A model generated the notes under the pieces. That model did no database searches. It worked only from the letters and a program-made list of their open reading frames with translations, and was not told the DNA's origin. This document shows positions 12,903 through 25,945 of a DNA stretch of 64,000 bases, in pieces (the first letter of the stretch is position 1; each line of letters starts with the position of its first letter). Location: positions 186,001 through 250,000 of the forward strand of contig JALDTO010000146.1 in NCBI GenBank assembly GCA_023515725.1, read 5' to 3'. Made by a program: the position numbers and the translations under genes. This DNA is from Amoeboaphelidium protococcarum X5. Lineage: Eukaryota; Fungi; Aphelidiomycota.

Positions 12903-13084
12903 TGTTATTGAGATTTGATCGAATACATTTTACATTTGTTTTCTGGATATCTCCATGCTCACATACTTGCTTGACATGGGAAGAAAGCCCCTTGATTAGC
13001 GTGTAGGATTTCGAAAACTTAAGTTATTCACAGATACTCTGCCAACTTTTATATAACAATTCAAGATATAAGATTGCTTTGAGC

Positions 13085-14238
13085 ATGTACCTTGCTATTT
13101 GGTTTTGCTGGGTATAAATCGCCTTCTACAATGCTCTTCCATTTGAAAAGCCAATATTATAAATTGGATCAATTTTGCGTGATCGATACGAGGTGATGAA
13201 GACTATTGGCGAAGGTAGCGCTGCTCATGTGTATTAAGCCCGGGATTTACTGAATTAAAACGATGTTAAAGCGCTTGTTCGTGGACCTGTAGCTGACATT
13301 GAAGTAGAAATGACTCCGAGATCGCGAATTAATGGTAGATGTAGATCTATATTGGATAGTTTCTATTACGGCATTGATGCGCATTGCATCGTTTATCCTT
13401 TACTAGCATGTGATCTTCAAGATTACGCGTGTTCGCGCCCACTATCAGTAAATGGTCTCAGACAAGTCGGGTATGATGTTGCTTTGGCTATCAAATAAGC
13501 ATTAAAGCAGGATATAGTCTAAAATGATGTGAAGTCTGAAAATATACTCGTGGAAGATGACCAGGTGGATGATGATGCAGATCTGAGAGTGCAGCTGTCC
13601 GACTTTGGTATTGGTTGTAGAAATAGTGATCGTAATTCTTGGCACCGTTCGACTCCTTTTATTGAAAGTCCTGAAATAACGCTTCTTGGACAAGGTTCCG
13701 TTTAATCTGATATTTTGTCATTTGGATTGCTTCTTGTACAATTGTACTAGTGCTCCGATAGAGAATATTAAATACCCACTGTGATATCTCAAGACTATAT
13801 GAAATTTAAACTTTCCTGAATGAAGGTGTGCCTGATGTCTATAAGCCAGAAGAGTATTGGAATTTGGTTGCTTAATCTCAACTCATGACTGATGACAATG
13901 GAACGAAGGCCGATGATGTTTAGACATATTTCCAATTACTTTGGTTAAAGGCGCGACACTTTATGGGTCCATTTTTGAATTTGATTGATGACGATCCACT
14001 CTTCGACTCGGATGCAATGCGATATGTTAAATTTGACTTACAATCTCGTTTTAAAGGAGGCTTGCAGAAAATTATGCCAAAGCAGCCTGGAACTGATTCG
14101 GAAGATTATGAATAGCTTTGCGATTTGATTTTAAAATGTGTCCGATGGTTGCCTCAAGATCGTATTGCTGTCGATGAAATATTGCAACATCCATTTCTAC
14201 TCAAAGCGAAGCATCGTGAGAGCTCATAATACTTTTGA
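13085..14238 (+). pseudogene. Divergent Ser/Thr kinase (CMGC-like) with N-terminal signal peptide; frameshifted and catalytically degenerate
   Basis: MYLAIWFCWVQIAFYNALP leader, RYEVMKTIGEGSAAHVY, IVQNDVKSENIL (HRD replaced), SDFG, SPE. Frame 2 stops at TGA 13817. The C-lobe end (DLILKCVRWLPQDRIAVDEILQHPFL) is in frame 1, ending at TGA 14236-14238. Confidence 0.7.
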
Positions 14239-14407
14239 GTTATAGTACTGCGTAGAAGTCGATGGTATTAAACTTGAAAACTCTGATTGGTCTGTCATTA
14301 AGACATGGCAACATGTACTTTCATGATGGTTTCTATTATGTAAAATCTTCTTTATTTTGAGCCCACAAGATACAAACATAAAGCAGGGGTCACTGACGCG
14401 TCAAAAA

Positions 14408-15307
14408 ATGGATGCTAAACTTCAGTATTAGAATGATGCGTATCATATGCAGATGAACCAAGCCAATGCCTCAGGCAATTAAGTTTAACCTCTATACACT
14501 GCTCCCAACATTTATTAGAATGCAGGAGTATCGTATCAACCTCAGCAATTGAATAGCATATAGTAGTAGCCAGCAGTAATGAACCAAGCGCCTGGAGTCA
14601 TGCTAAATACGCCACCGCCGGTTTCAATGTTCAAGATGCCGGTGATTGATGCCAAATTCTGTATGGATAAGTAAACTACTTTTGTGATGCAAAATGTACC
14701 TATGCTGGGTCAGAGTTAGGACTATACTGTGCATGATTAAGAAGGACGAATGTGGTTCAAGTTTAGTAGCATATTCTCATTTAGTGGCAAAAAGGCTCTG
14801 ATTGACACGTACAATTAGCCGATTTTGCACATGAAAAGACCATTCTTCAGCTTTAGTGGCAAGTATCAGGCCTACTTTTAAAAAGGTGAAGAGCATGAAG
14901 TATTCCGCTTCTAACCTGTATTTTGGTCATGGATGCCGAAAGTCAAGATATTTTTGAAAGATAATTAGACTCCTAATCCTGACTATATTCTGAGAGGTAC
15001 CTACGCCGATCAAGACTTTGACGTCTTTGATGTACGATCCGGCAGCGAGTTCTTGGTTGCCAAGGTAACAAAGCAAAGACCGCTTGAAAGTGTTTCTGCA
15101 TTTCTCACAAATCTGGTTCTGAATGTAGACACGTATTATCTGACAGTAAATCCTAACGCCGACGCTGCGTTCATTGTCTGTCTTTGCGCTTTGTTTGACG
15201 AGAGATACGATATGAGCAATCATGGTCATGGCCATCACCACAGTTCCAGCCATCGCCGTCACCGTCATCATCATCATCATCGTAGACGTGGTGGCCGTCG
15301 TCGTTGA
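14408..15307 (+). CDS. LURP-one-related/tubby C-terminal-like paralog 3 with His/Arg-rich tail
   Basis: MDAKLQYQ start, MPVIDAKFC, DTYYLTVNPNADAAFIVCLCALFDERY, tail HGHGHHHSSSHRRHRHHHHHRRRGGRRR*. Confidence 0.85.
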
Positions 15308-15421
15308 ATATGTGCTTAATTTGAAGAGAAAAATGCAATTTAGTACTTAATAGAAAACTTCATTTTGAGTTTCATATTTTAAATGACCGGTCCCGAACTA
15401 CTTATAAAAGTGTTACCAAAA

Positions 15422-16855
15422 TCAGCGCGAGTATGGTACGAATTGGCGATAAATTAGCTCAGCCAGAAACATTATAGATAGCAGACTCAGAGCTCCAACA
15501 CCAAACATTGCATTTAGCCATTGCTTAGAGCCGCGATTCTATTATCCCCATTCTGAAGCGTCGATGCGTTTACCCAAGTAATAGAATCCATAGTACCAAG
15601 CAATGAAAAAGTAGTACAATGACGGCAAACCAAAAATCATTGGCCAATACAACAGTTATCCAGCACTTGAATATGCGCTGTACACGCAGGCAGCATAAAT
15701 GACAAGCATAACCGATAAAAGTGTCCAAAAACGCTACTGTCTCAGCTTTTAGTCAACGCCTTCATAAGTGGCAATAATTCCAGCATTGTTCTTTAAAGCA
15801 TATTACTAGTACTCCTCAACCGACCAGCCGTTCAAATAACGTACAACGATAGGCAGTCCCCAAAAGGTTGACATCATAAACAGGAATACAAAACTGAAGA
15901 AGAACATTCTGTACAACAAGCCATCCATGATACCCTGGAAGAATGCAACAACAGTAGCATGCAGTATAATCCACATTTCAAGAGCAAACGCGGTCCAGTA
16001 CTTGTTCTTATGCTCCCGGTGGTACAACATCGATGACTGCCAGAAAAGCAAGAAGATATGAATGAATCCAGTCATGTGGGCAAAAGTACTTTCAAAGCAG
16101 TGATACCAGAACGTCAGAGTTATGCCAAAAGACGCTAGGTAACCATGATACTTGCCAGTGAGATCAGCAAAAGACACAATCTTGGACTTGCCATTCGCTG
16201 GAATCCATGTGAAAACCAAACCGCGACGTCTAATCTCAAAGATCATTGGCATAATTAGAGATGTGACACCTGCAAATAGAGTACTGATCTCGGGGAAACT
16301 AGCAGCAAGCCCATCATAAAAGAAGTATCCTTGGACATAATGCAAGAGTGCAAAAGAAACGTTAAGTTTGAGCATAGACAGAGCGTATGGGTTCCAACCA
16401 GATTCAAACAAAGAAGTCCACTCCAAATCACCGCGTTTATGAGCGCGACGTGCCTGAGTCAGAATGTAGAATTATCCAGTCTGATGCAATAAATAGCATG
16501 TCCATGGCGTGATTATACTAAAGAAATTGCGCTTCAGAAGTCTAAATGGATACTCAAAAGGGAAGGTAGTGCCATAGATCACAAAGCGACCGAAACCAAG
16601 TTCTCCACGTGCAGGAGCGCCGTTAGTTAGATCAAGGAGCCATTGTCCCAAGTCGGAACCATTAGGAGCATTAAGATAAGCAATTACCACTGCAGAAACA
16701 ATACTTGACAACATTAACACTCCAAATGACAGCTTCACTTGAACACCAAAAACATAAATGGACGCAGACGAGTACCGTGTCCACAAGTCATTCGCAAACA
16801 CTTCCTTAGGTTGGGACTTTTGCTCGGATTACTACTACTTCACCGCTGTAACCAT
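15422..16855 (-). CDS. Uncharacterised multi-pass membrane protein with several His-containing motifs, about 477 aa
   Basis: Track ORFs 16472-16801 and 15806-16426 join in one frame. Many TM helices. Motifs YLLHQ, LHYVQ..YDGLA, RRRGL, KYHGY, FWYH, HMTGF. Confidence 0.8.
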
Positions 16856-17234
16856 TGTCTATTGTTCAAATGTTCAAACTTTAACTTTTAAATTAAATAA
16901 AGGAGATACACCTGTCCGCCAGTCCTGATTAAGTGCGCCTTGGGAACGACAATTTTAATTGAGACAACGTAATACCGCGTGGTTTCAGCCACTTTAAACA
17001 TCACAGATTTTAACAACAACGCCGCCACTTAGAGAGAAAGTCAAATGAAACTCGTTTACAATAAGCCTACAGCTATCAAGTGGTATTCTAACTAGTACTT
17101 TAATTCAATTTAAGTTACAATATAAAACATTAAAAGTCAACAAGAACATAATATTTGAAATGTGCAATAGTGAAATGTCATTTTGTCAATGAAGAGCAGA
17201 TTCATCAATCAAACAACAGGCTGAACCATCCGTA

Positions 17235-18053
17235 TCAAGGAGGAGGAATACGAATGACAACGTCCATACCGAAATGATCACTCAGATAACCACCCTGATA
17301 ATATCTGTCTCCCACAAGTTTGTGCTCTAAAGCAAGGAGCTCAGAAGACAAGAGGACGCGATCAAAACGACATTAAAACTGAAACGCGCCATTTCCATGG
17401 TATCGATTCTTGAAACTATTCCACGTGTAAAACGGTTTTAGACCAACAGATGTTGTATCTAAATCATCGACTAAATCGTGTAGTTCCTACTTTAAACTAT
17501 CAGAGAGTCTCAGCATAGTCTTAACCTCATCAGCTCGGACATTTGCGTCTCCTGCAACGATCAGATGTTTGACTTTTAATTACCCATTAGCATCACTGAG
17601 AGGCAGTTTCAGAATATTCGCCATCTACATAAGCCTTTCCTGGCCACCCTCTTTGAACGGAGCGAGATGCACAGCTGATATTCGAATGAGTTTCGTCTCA
17701 CCTTGAGAACTATTAGCGTTATCATTGGTCAGATCAATCGCGAATGGGTATTTAAAATCGCCAACTACAGCGCAGTCCATCTCTCTTACCTTCATAAGAG
17801 AGCTTTTAATTAAACGACTCACTAGCAGTACGCATTACTCGCAATGAGATGTTACCTGGCCGACCAGCTGATAATCAGTACGGTTCAGAATGAGCTAAAT
17901 CAAAACTGAAGTGGCCTCCTGCAGACAAATCACGTCAGCACCGCTACCAGCCAGTATATCCACAATTTTAGACAGTTTGTGCGATAAGGATATTGAGTGT
18001 TGTTCGCTTACATTCCACGCGCTAACATTGTATGTAATCAACCGTAAATCCAT
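17235..18053 (-). CDS. Endonuclease/exonuclease/phosphatase (EEP) family protein, TDP2-like
   Basis: LRLITYNV, ADVICLQE, AVHLAPF, IVAGDANVR, RFDRVL and LSDHFG catalytic motifs. Confidence 0.8.
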
Positions 18054-18200
18054 CCTATTCGAGTCTAGTTGAGGCTAAATCACTATATATGACGAATGGG
18101 ATTATCTTGACACCGATTAATCAGTGGGAAATGAAATTGAGGAAAGATCAAACATAAAACGATTTGTAAATTCGCATAATAATATATTTACGAACAAGAC

Positions 18201-20723
18201 TCAGTTCATACTGAGTAAATCATATTTTTGTAGGATATGAACTAATACTTCCTTCTTAAAGGGCTTTCCATACACATCATTAAAGGCGGCCAGCGAGTCA
18301 ATCTCATATTGATCATTGTAATTCTAGTTTACCAAGTTGGCAGTTACGGCGACTACAGGCAAATCTTACTTACCCAGTCCTAGCTCATTCCTAATCAGTT
18401 CAATAGCTTCAAATCCTGTCATTACAGGCATCTAGATGTCCATCAATACTAAATCATAATGTGCACCTTGCTTAATTAAATCTACAGCAGATCGCCCATT
18501 GTCGGCTTCCGTGATGTTTGTAAACTCTATGCTCTTCAGCATTCGCACGATTATGGCTCTATTAATCTAAGAGTCATCCACGACAAGAATAGCTTTGTTT
18601 TACGAGATTTATGTTCCAAAACTATTGGATTAATGACTATCGCTCGACTTTTATTAAGACTCAGGTGATTAAGGATTGGTCGCCTAGCTCAGCAAACAGG
18701 ATTCAACTGGCATTGTGACGGTAAACGTGGATCCCTAGCCCACTTGACTCTAAACATTAATGGTACCATGCATAAGATCTACAATCTACTTTACAATAGA
18801 GAGCCCAAGTCCAGAGCCTCCGAATACCCTCGATGTGGATACGGAAGCTTGTACATAAGGCTAAAATAGCCCATCCACTTCTTCCTATGACATTCCTATC
18901 CCAGTATCTCGCACCTGAACAATAAAATCAATATAATCGGCAGGCGATGATTATGATAAGCATGATGCAACAGAAGTCAAGCTGCACACAATTTGACCAC
19001 CAGACTGAGTAAACTTGGCCGCGTTAGACAACATATTCAAAAGGATCTGCTGAAATCTAGTCGGATCTATTAGAATATAAGCTGGAATACCATCAGCAAT
19101 TCTCAAATCAAACTCGACGCCTTTCAATTTTAGCTGCTCAACAATAGGCTTTGCAATCTTCTGAGATAATTCTCGTACGTCTGTGGGAATAGAATCCAGC
19201 TGAACTTTACCACTCTCAAACTTTCCACTATCCAAAACATCATTAATCAAATTTGACATGTACTCGGTAGAGACTTTGATAGCCTAAGTCATTGACTTAA
19301 ACTCCTCATACTTGGCAACTGTTCGAGACTCTATATCTGAACCATTACTATTAGTATTAATATCGGTCTCGTCGTGAATAAATTCAACCATGTTTAATAT
19401 CGCGTGCAAAGGATTCCGAAGTTCATGACAGAGAAAGCTCATAAATCGAGTCTTTTACAAGTTACTCAACTCGGCTTGCTACTTGGCTATAAGAGTCTCC
19501 TGGTAAGCCTTTCTTTTCTCCAATTAAATAGCAGCAAAAGCTAGTGCAGTAAAGAATATCACCAGAACAAATATCATCAATTTAATAACCTTGAGCATGA
19601 CTTGGTCAAGCTGTTCCTGAGTTCCCGAGTCTGCAGAACGCAGTATAACGTATAATCCACTGCAACCGAGTACACAATTGCTTAGATTGTAACCCAAGTG
19701 TCCAATAAGCAGACCACATGCAATAACCAATGGGAAACAGAGGAAATGCGCCAAATAGTTTACGGTGTCTCCATAAAATAGCGTAGTGTTAATAAGTAGC
19801 GGAGGTATTATGATTTCAATCACAACGATGGTGGCGATTATACACAAGACCGCAATCACTCGCAACCTCCGGCGCCAAAGCTTCTTCAAGTTTGTAGCTT
19901 TCACCGTAAGAGCGAGTGGAGCAAAGAGGAAGGTGCCGACAAAGTATGATGCTGCCAACTTTACAGTGTATACAATCAAATCATATTGCTCGTAGTACTT
20001 TTCAGGCTCAAAGTATAGCAGCCAACCAGCACAAGCTCCAACCACAGCAAGTCCCGATATGATAGATGAGGCGACAAATACAAAAGCTATCCTCCTCTCA
20101 GCCAATACAGTCCCTTATTGTGCCGTTGAATAACGAAATGATGCCCAAAGTATGGCGAGTGCAAACATGTAAACAATCAACGTCTTGGTGAGACATACAC
20201 AAAGACTACTAACAAATGGATTCCACACCACTGTCCTAATAAGCAGAGCACTGAACAGAAAGAACAGGGCTATTACTAAACGCTTAGAAGTATTCTCTCT
20301 GATCAACCGCTGCTTCTCAGCATCATCATAGTGCAACTCCGCCGAATATCTCGACCGATCAACAATCAAAACTATAACGACAAGCACCAATCCAGTGTCT
20401 GCTGGCCATATGGCGCCAAGATTAGCAGCAAACAAAGATTGCCATAACATAAAGTAGGCCAGCTGAGCAATACAGCATACAACACCTATCATGAGAGCGT
20501 AGAAGTAACCATGCAGCCGCACATCGATTCGATCGGTCCGCTTCTTCAGACGACAGAACTCAGCGAGACAGTGCTCACAGACAATCTTAAAATAGCTGGT
20601 AAACTTTGTAAAACGTCTCAAACTCCTAGTAGACAATCGCTTAATTCTCGTTGGTTATATAATGCCACTTCTTTCAATAGGTTCCACTTCAACAATACTC
20701 TAGTCACATATATGACTCCGCAT
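18201..20723 (-). CDS. Membrane-bound hybrid histidine kinase (multi-TM MASE1-like sensor, HisKA, HATPase, receiver); start uncertain
   Basis: H-box FMSFLCHELRNPLHAI, N-box QILLNMLSNAAKFT, G-boxes DTGIG and GGSGLGLSI, receiver ILVVDDS..VLMDIQMP..KPF. Track ORFs 20115, 19524 and 18951 share one frame. Confidence 0.9.
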
Positions 20724-21162
20724 TCTTCTCAATAAGCTTTTACCAATCAGTGTTGGGAAATGGTGGTAATAATCAGAGTATAAACAGAATGTAGGATGAC
20801 GAAATCGAAGGGCCAAAAGATCTGGAAATACAATCAATATGACCGAATGTAAACAAACTAAAATTTGTATTGATAAGGAAATCTTTATCACTTTTCACAC
20901 AGAGAATACAATTGCGAAGATCAAAGCGCAGTGTAATAATAAAAGTTTAGATCCCGGGGAAGGAGCGGCGGGCCCAGGCTTTGGTTTGTCGAGCATTTGT
21001 GACTCAGCGGCCGATTTGTTCCAGCCGATTGGACACTGATGAGGACAACGCCACGCGGTCTGCTGCCTGATAGTGGCTTCCCGCACGGATAAACGGATGA
21101 TTGTCTACATCTTCGGATGGAGATTTACAATCTTGATTATTATTGGCAGACCATTATTGCAT

Positions 21163-21903
21163 CTATGTCAATGACTGTGGATACATTCCGTTACTGTTGA
21201 TCTGCAAATGTTCAGGAAACACGCCGTTGGCAAAATCTTCTTCAGTGTACGAAGCAGCGGTGTTCACATTGGCTCTGCCATTAGTAAACTCATTGATGAC
21301 ATTATCAGCGCGTTGCCAGAATTCACGCTCCCTCACCATCATTCTCTCCATAGCACGGCGGGAATAATTCGCCAGCTCTTCTGAGCGGATTGATTCTTCT
21401 ATTTGATTTTGGTTTGTTACCACAACTTACTCCCCCTGAGAATCCGAGTTTCGACGCGAGAAAATATCATTTGGGCCTCTACCTGCTGTTTGAGGACGAT
21501 TCTACTGCACGGTTTCCACTACAGTCTCATCCATTCTTCTCTCTTGGCTCAATTAATCCTCCAAATGACTTGATATACGTTAATAATATGTTCTTAGATC
21601 ATCGATTTGAGAATCAATGTCTTCCAAAGTGACTTGATCGCTGTTTCTAACAGATAATCTACCCACCAATCGCTACGTAACAGCAGAGACATTATTCACC
21701 TCAGGATGCGGTACGGTATCTTAATCAATCTCAGCAGGTGTAGTTTAACGCTCACTCGACTACTCTACTTGACGTGGATCAGGCTCATTAAACGCGTCAG
21801 CATCGGAAATCAGCCTTCCTGTGTTGGGATCAATAAACACATGGATTCTTGGCTACTAAATTGGCTAAGGCTATACCTCTGAGTTAAAGTTTAAAATTGC
21901 CAT
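21163..21903 (-). CDS. Hypothetical protein, about 246 aa, acidic/Q-rich with a possible coiled coil
   Basis: Open frame under TAR=Gln from ATG 21903 to TGA 21163. No recognised domain. Confidence 0.6.
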
Positions 21904-22193
21904 TTATTTTCAAAAAGATATATGTATATTTATTTTGAGGTATTTGTTGTTTGAAGAAGAAATCACTTTTGGATATCAAATGATGTTAAGTGTTGATCTT
22001 ACTAGGAGCCACTTCTTCCCAAAATGGGATCATCCAATTGTGCGGATTCGCTGACTAATTAACTTTTCTACTCCAATCGAATCAATATTGAATTTGACAA
22101 TATTTATAGCAATAGAAAGATCGACGTAAGATAATGTCTGACGTAGAGCTATAATTTGAAAGGTGGCATGAAAATATGCTGACATTGCATTAG

Positions 22194-22714
22194 AATATAT
22201 AAACTCACAAGAATAGCATTTAGGTATGATTTTTAATGGAAACTCGATGTCATTGATGTACAATTATATGTGTAAGACTTACATGTTGTAGTCTACCGCG
22301 TCAAAATTATCTACCGGATTTAAAGAGCTAAATTCTTTGATGGATTCATAGCCTGCTTTGCATAGAATCAGCACTGAACGGCGGACGCGTGAGCATAGTG
22401 CAGTAAAGCTGTAATAGTAAATTGAATTGTCATCCATGAAAATGACAGCTGATAAATTGCATACGATGGCGTATAAATTACACCAAGATTTAGCTTAAAA
22501 CGATAGCTAGCCGACAATAAACGTTGTAGATACTACACTTCCAATAGCCGAAGATAACGTGTTAAATTAAGTTATCAGTGCTCCTCCTTCTAAAGATTTG
22601 CAAAAGCAAAGTAGTAGCTCTAGAAGTCAGACAAGTTATCAGAAATAATCGCTCGATGATTTGTTATTTGAACCGTCATAAGCTGAGAAGGCACTCATGA
22701 AACTCTTGGAATGA
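22194..22714 (+). CDS. Hypothetical protein; 5' end and exon structure uncertain
   Basis: TGA-free frame with protein-like composition ending SLDDLLFEPSQAEKALMKLLE*. Confidence 0.35.
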
Positions 22715-22965
22715 ATAATAAATTATTAATCTGTTCATTAAGGCATACTTAAATTACATGATACCTGCTATTTTATAAAGATCAACCATGATGAAAATCC
22801 TTCATTGAGATCTGCGTGAGTCACTTCACTGAAACGCGTCGCTCAATCTGTCGTGTAGATTCACAAAGCTGTCCATCTTATCTTCCTTTTTTACTTTACA
22901 AGTTTTAATTCTTACGTTCCATCGGGGCTACTTCATTCTAATCCCATCAATATCTACAGAGAATA

Positions 22966-24291
22966 ATGAGCACGGGTAATAATTATTAAAATTCTACTCA
23001 TACCACAGAGGATGAAGACGATGGCGAGTTTATGGATTTTGAGCTGGAATGGTCAGAGGAATAGGCTAAGAGAAGTCGCTCCTCATATGCCTTCTACTCT
23101 GATATCTTTAATCTGGTTATCGGTTCACGTCCACAGAATAATAGATTACCTGATGCAGAAGATTATTACGGGAAATAAGGTGGTGGTCGCAGTAAGTTGA
23201 GAGCATCTGCGCAAAAGATATCAGATTAAATAAAGTAGAGTCACGATCGGGTGCTGTTGAAGCTTAATCGGAAGGAGACAAAGTAGTTGACTGAGAAGAT
23301 TGCATTTGTTCTTGGTGTCTCTATTATATGGATATGCGCATTCATTGTGGGCAAGTATCCGCAGCATATTGCTCTCTGGTATTCGCTGCATAGTATTGTA
23401 TTATTGACGATCAGGTGGTTCACATACAAGCGGTAGAGTCTGCATTATTTCTGCTTTGACTTGTGCTACTTTGTCAATTTCCTCACCCTGTGGTGGCTCT
23501 ATATATCCCCTTAGAGCCAGGTACTCTATATGGCTGTATTCTGCTTGAGTCAGGGACCAGTGTTGTGGGCTATTCTGGCATGGCGTAATTCTTTAGTATT
23601 TCATTCACTTGACAAGGTGACTAGTCTTTTCATTCACATTGCACCATCTATCACTGTATACACGCTAAGATGGATGAATGATAGTAGTGGGTCGTCAGTA
23701 TCTCATGATTCGGCATCTTTAATTAATTCTAGTGATATAGCGCATGATATAAGTGAACACCTTACGCATGGTTCTAATCCATTGTCGCAGTAGTAACATA
23801 TGCCGTTCCTTGCCTCGATGATATACTCGTTGCTGTATTACATTCTTTGGTAGACTCTGTATGTGATTGGCATATACATTGCCAAACAGGATAAAGTTTT
23901 GAATGGTGCAAGGATTACAAGTTATAGCTGGCTACTGGATCCATCAAGGAATCAAAAAAGTAAGAATCTGATGTATGTTCTATGTACACTTCCCGCCACT
24001 TCTGGTTCTATATCTGATGCCCCACAGTCTCCCTCGGATGATTCAAGATATGTTCATTTCAAGTAGTAGGCACTCTTCATATTCTGGTAGTTTATGTACG
24101 CGATCTTAACTCTGATGCCCACTTGTCTGTTTTATTCAAGTTTTTACCTGCACTCAGCTTTCCTTATCATTGTGCTCACCATCAGTATATGGAATGGTGC
24201 GTGTTATTATGTCGATGTATTCTCTCGGCGAGGTGCTGCTCATTCCAACCATCAGTCTCAGAATGCTGCTAAAGAGGCACATATTGATTGA
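22966..24291 (+). CDS. GPC1: Glycerophosphocholine acyltransferase (DUF2838/GPC1 family)
   Basis: HYFCFDLCYFVNFL, GPVLWAILAWRNSLVFHSLDKVTSLFIH and SIWNGACYYVDVF. Confidence 0.9.
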
Positions 24292-24416
24292 TCAGTTATT
24301 GAGTCTTTGAATCTAAATGGTTAGTGATAGAGCAATAAAATTTTAATCTCATTCAAAAAGTTTATTTCTATTAGATTGTAATTGTGCCTCTACTTCGATA
24401 ACTCCGCTTATAAGTA

Positions 24417-25820
24417 TCAGAGTGATGCATCGCGGTCTTTCAGGTACTGATCGACTTCACTTTAAGAATGCAGAGGAGGATGATTAGATGGTGGGTATTA
24501 CTCAGGTACCAACTTGGAGTCACAAGAACCTATAATTTGTCCATAATTCAACTTTTGACCTTCTTTAATACAAAATCTGAAATCTTTCGGTGCTTCAAAT
24601 ACCAAAATTATGGAGGATCCCAGATTGAATAGTCCAACTTCATCCCCTTTGCGAAATTGTAAGCCGCCACCACTACCACTATTCTAAACACTTTCACTCT
24701 AATCCAATTCATTACTAACATGCAATTCAACATCTTCCTCTGGCGGATCAATCATGTCCATCATCTAGTCTGCCACTGACTCATCTTCATCCTCCTATTC
24801 ATGATGCAACTTTACCACCTTTGATTTCGGTTGATGGTCAGTATTAACATCACCTGACTTTTAATCTTTAACATATCCAACATCGTTCTTCTTCGTAGAA
24901 CCACAAAATACCTTCTCCTCATATGAGCCAAACTTCCCTTTAATCCACTTGTTAGTGCGGAGAGATTTATCAAACACCAGCTCAATCGATCCAACATTGG
25001 TAGCACCAACTGCGGCCATAGCAAAGAAGCCATATCGCCAGTCACCTAGCATTACGACGCGTTCATTGAGAACAAAGAGACCACGCACCATCTTTATCAC
25101 TGCAGGTGCGACTGAGAACAAACGCCCGCCAAAGTGCTTCAGTCTCTCAATCTGCCACTCTGCCGGCGAGTGGAATCTGTGATAATCCCCCGGTCCAAGA
25201 TACAGGACAACATGGAACAGTCTATTCTTCTCACTATCGAATGGGAGCGTAAGATATCTACTTTCAATATCCGTGTTGCTTTTTGTTTACTTGGCAGATT
25301 ATGACGATTGTAAACTTGAACCAACACCTAGGAAAGCATCCATTGAAAATGTGACACCTTTAATCTGCTCAAGTGATTAGCCTTCCACCGGACCATAATG
25401 CAGCACTTTACAATCAGCAGGAGATACTAGCTCTGCTTATGGATGGACAGGTCGGCAGCCAGGTCGGAGCCGCCGAGTGAAAAACTCTCCCAGATTTCGA
25501 TACTCCACATAGGGCTTTTCCATCTCCTCAGGATGCCCATCAAATGCCGTCATCCATGAGGAGTATATGAATTCGCGCATAAACACAGGCAATTCATATT
25601 GATTATTCACGTAGCCCCATAGTCGACTTATAGATCGGAAAGGTAAACTTTTAAGTACCAACACTTTGAGATCTGATGAAATGTGCGGCTCTACCTGAGA
25701 ACGATCTCTATGACCATATACCAGTCCACGCTCCTTCTCTGCTGAATATTTAACACTAGCATACGTAATTAGGGATATCCCCACTGGAATAGACAATCTT
25801 TTTATTATCAGCGAAGACAT
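24417..25820 (-). CDS. PSD1: Phosphatidylserine decarboxylase (mitochondrial type)
   Basis: NLGEFFTRRL, VSPADCKV, LYLGPGDYHRFHSP, LFVLNERV, VGATNVGSI and the FNLGSS autocleavage motif. Confidence 0.92.
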
Positions 25821-25945
25821 TTAAGATTATAATTATTATATTTACTGCGAAATGAAATTAAAAGTTGGCTGGTGATCTAAACAAAACAATTAGATCAGAA
25901 AATAAAAGATGATGATGATGATGATATTCACTGATTCATTCATAG

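Noticed and set aside
22966-25820. GPC1-PSD1 adjacency as a phospholipid gene cluster
   Set aside because: A convergent pair in a gene-dense genome with no shared promoter; chance is sufficient.
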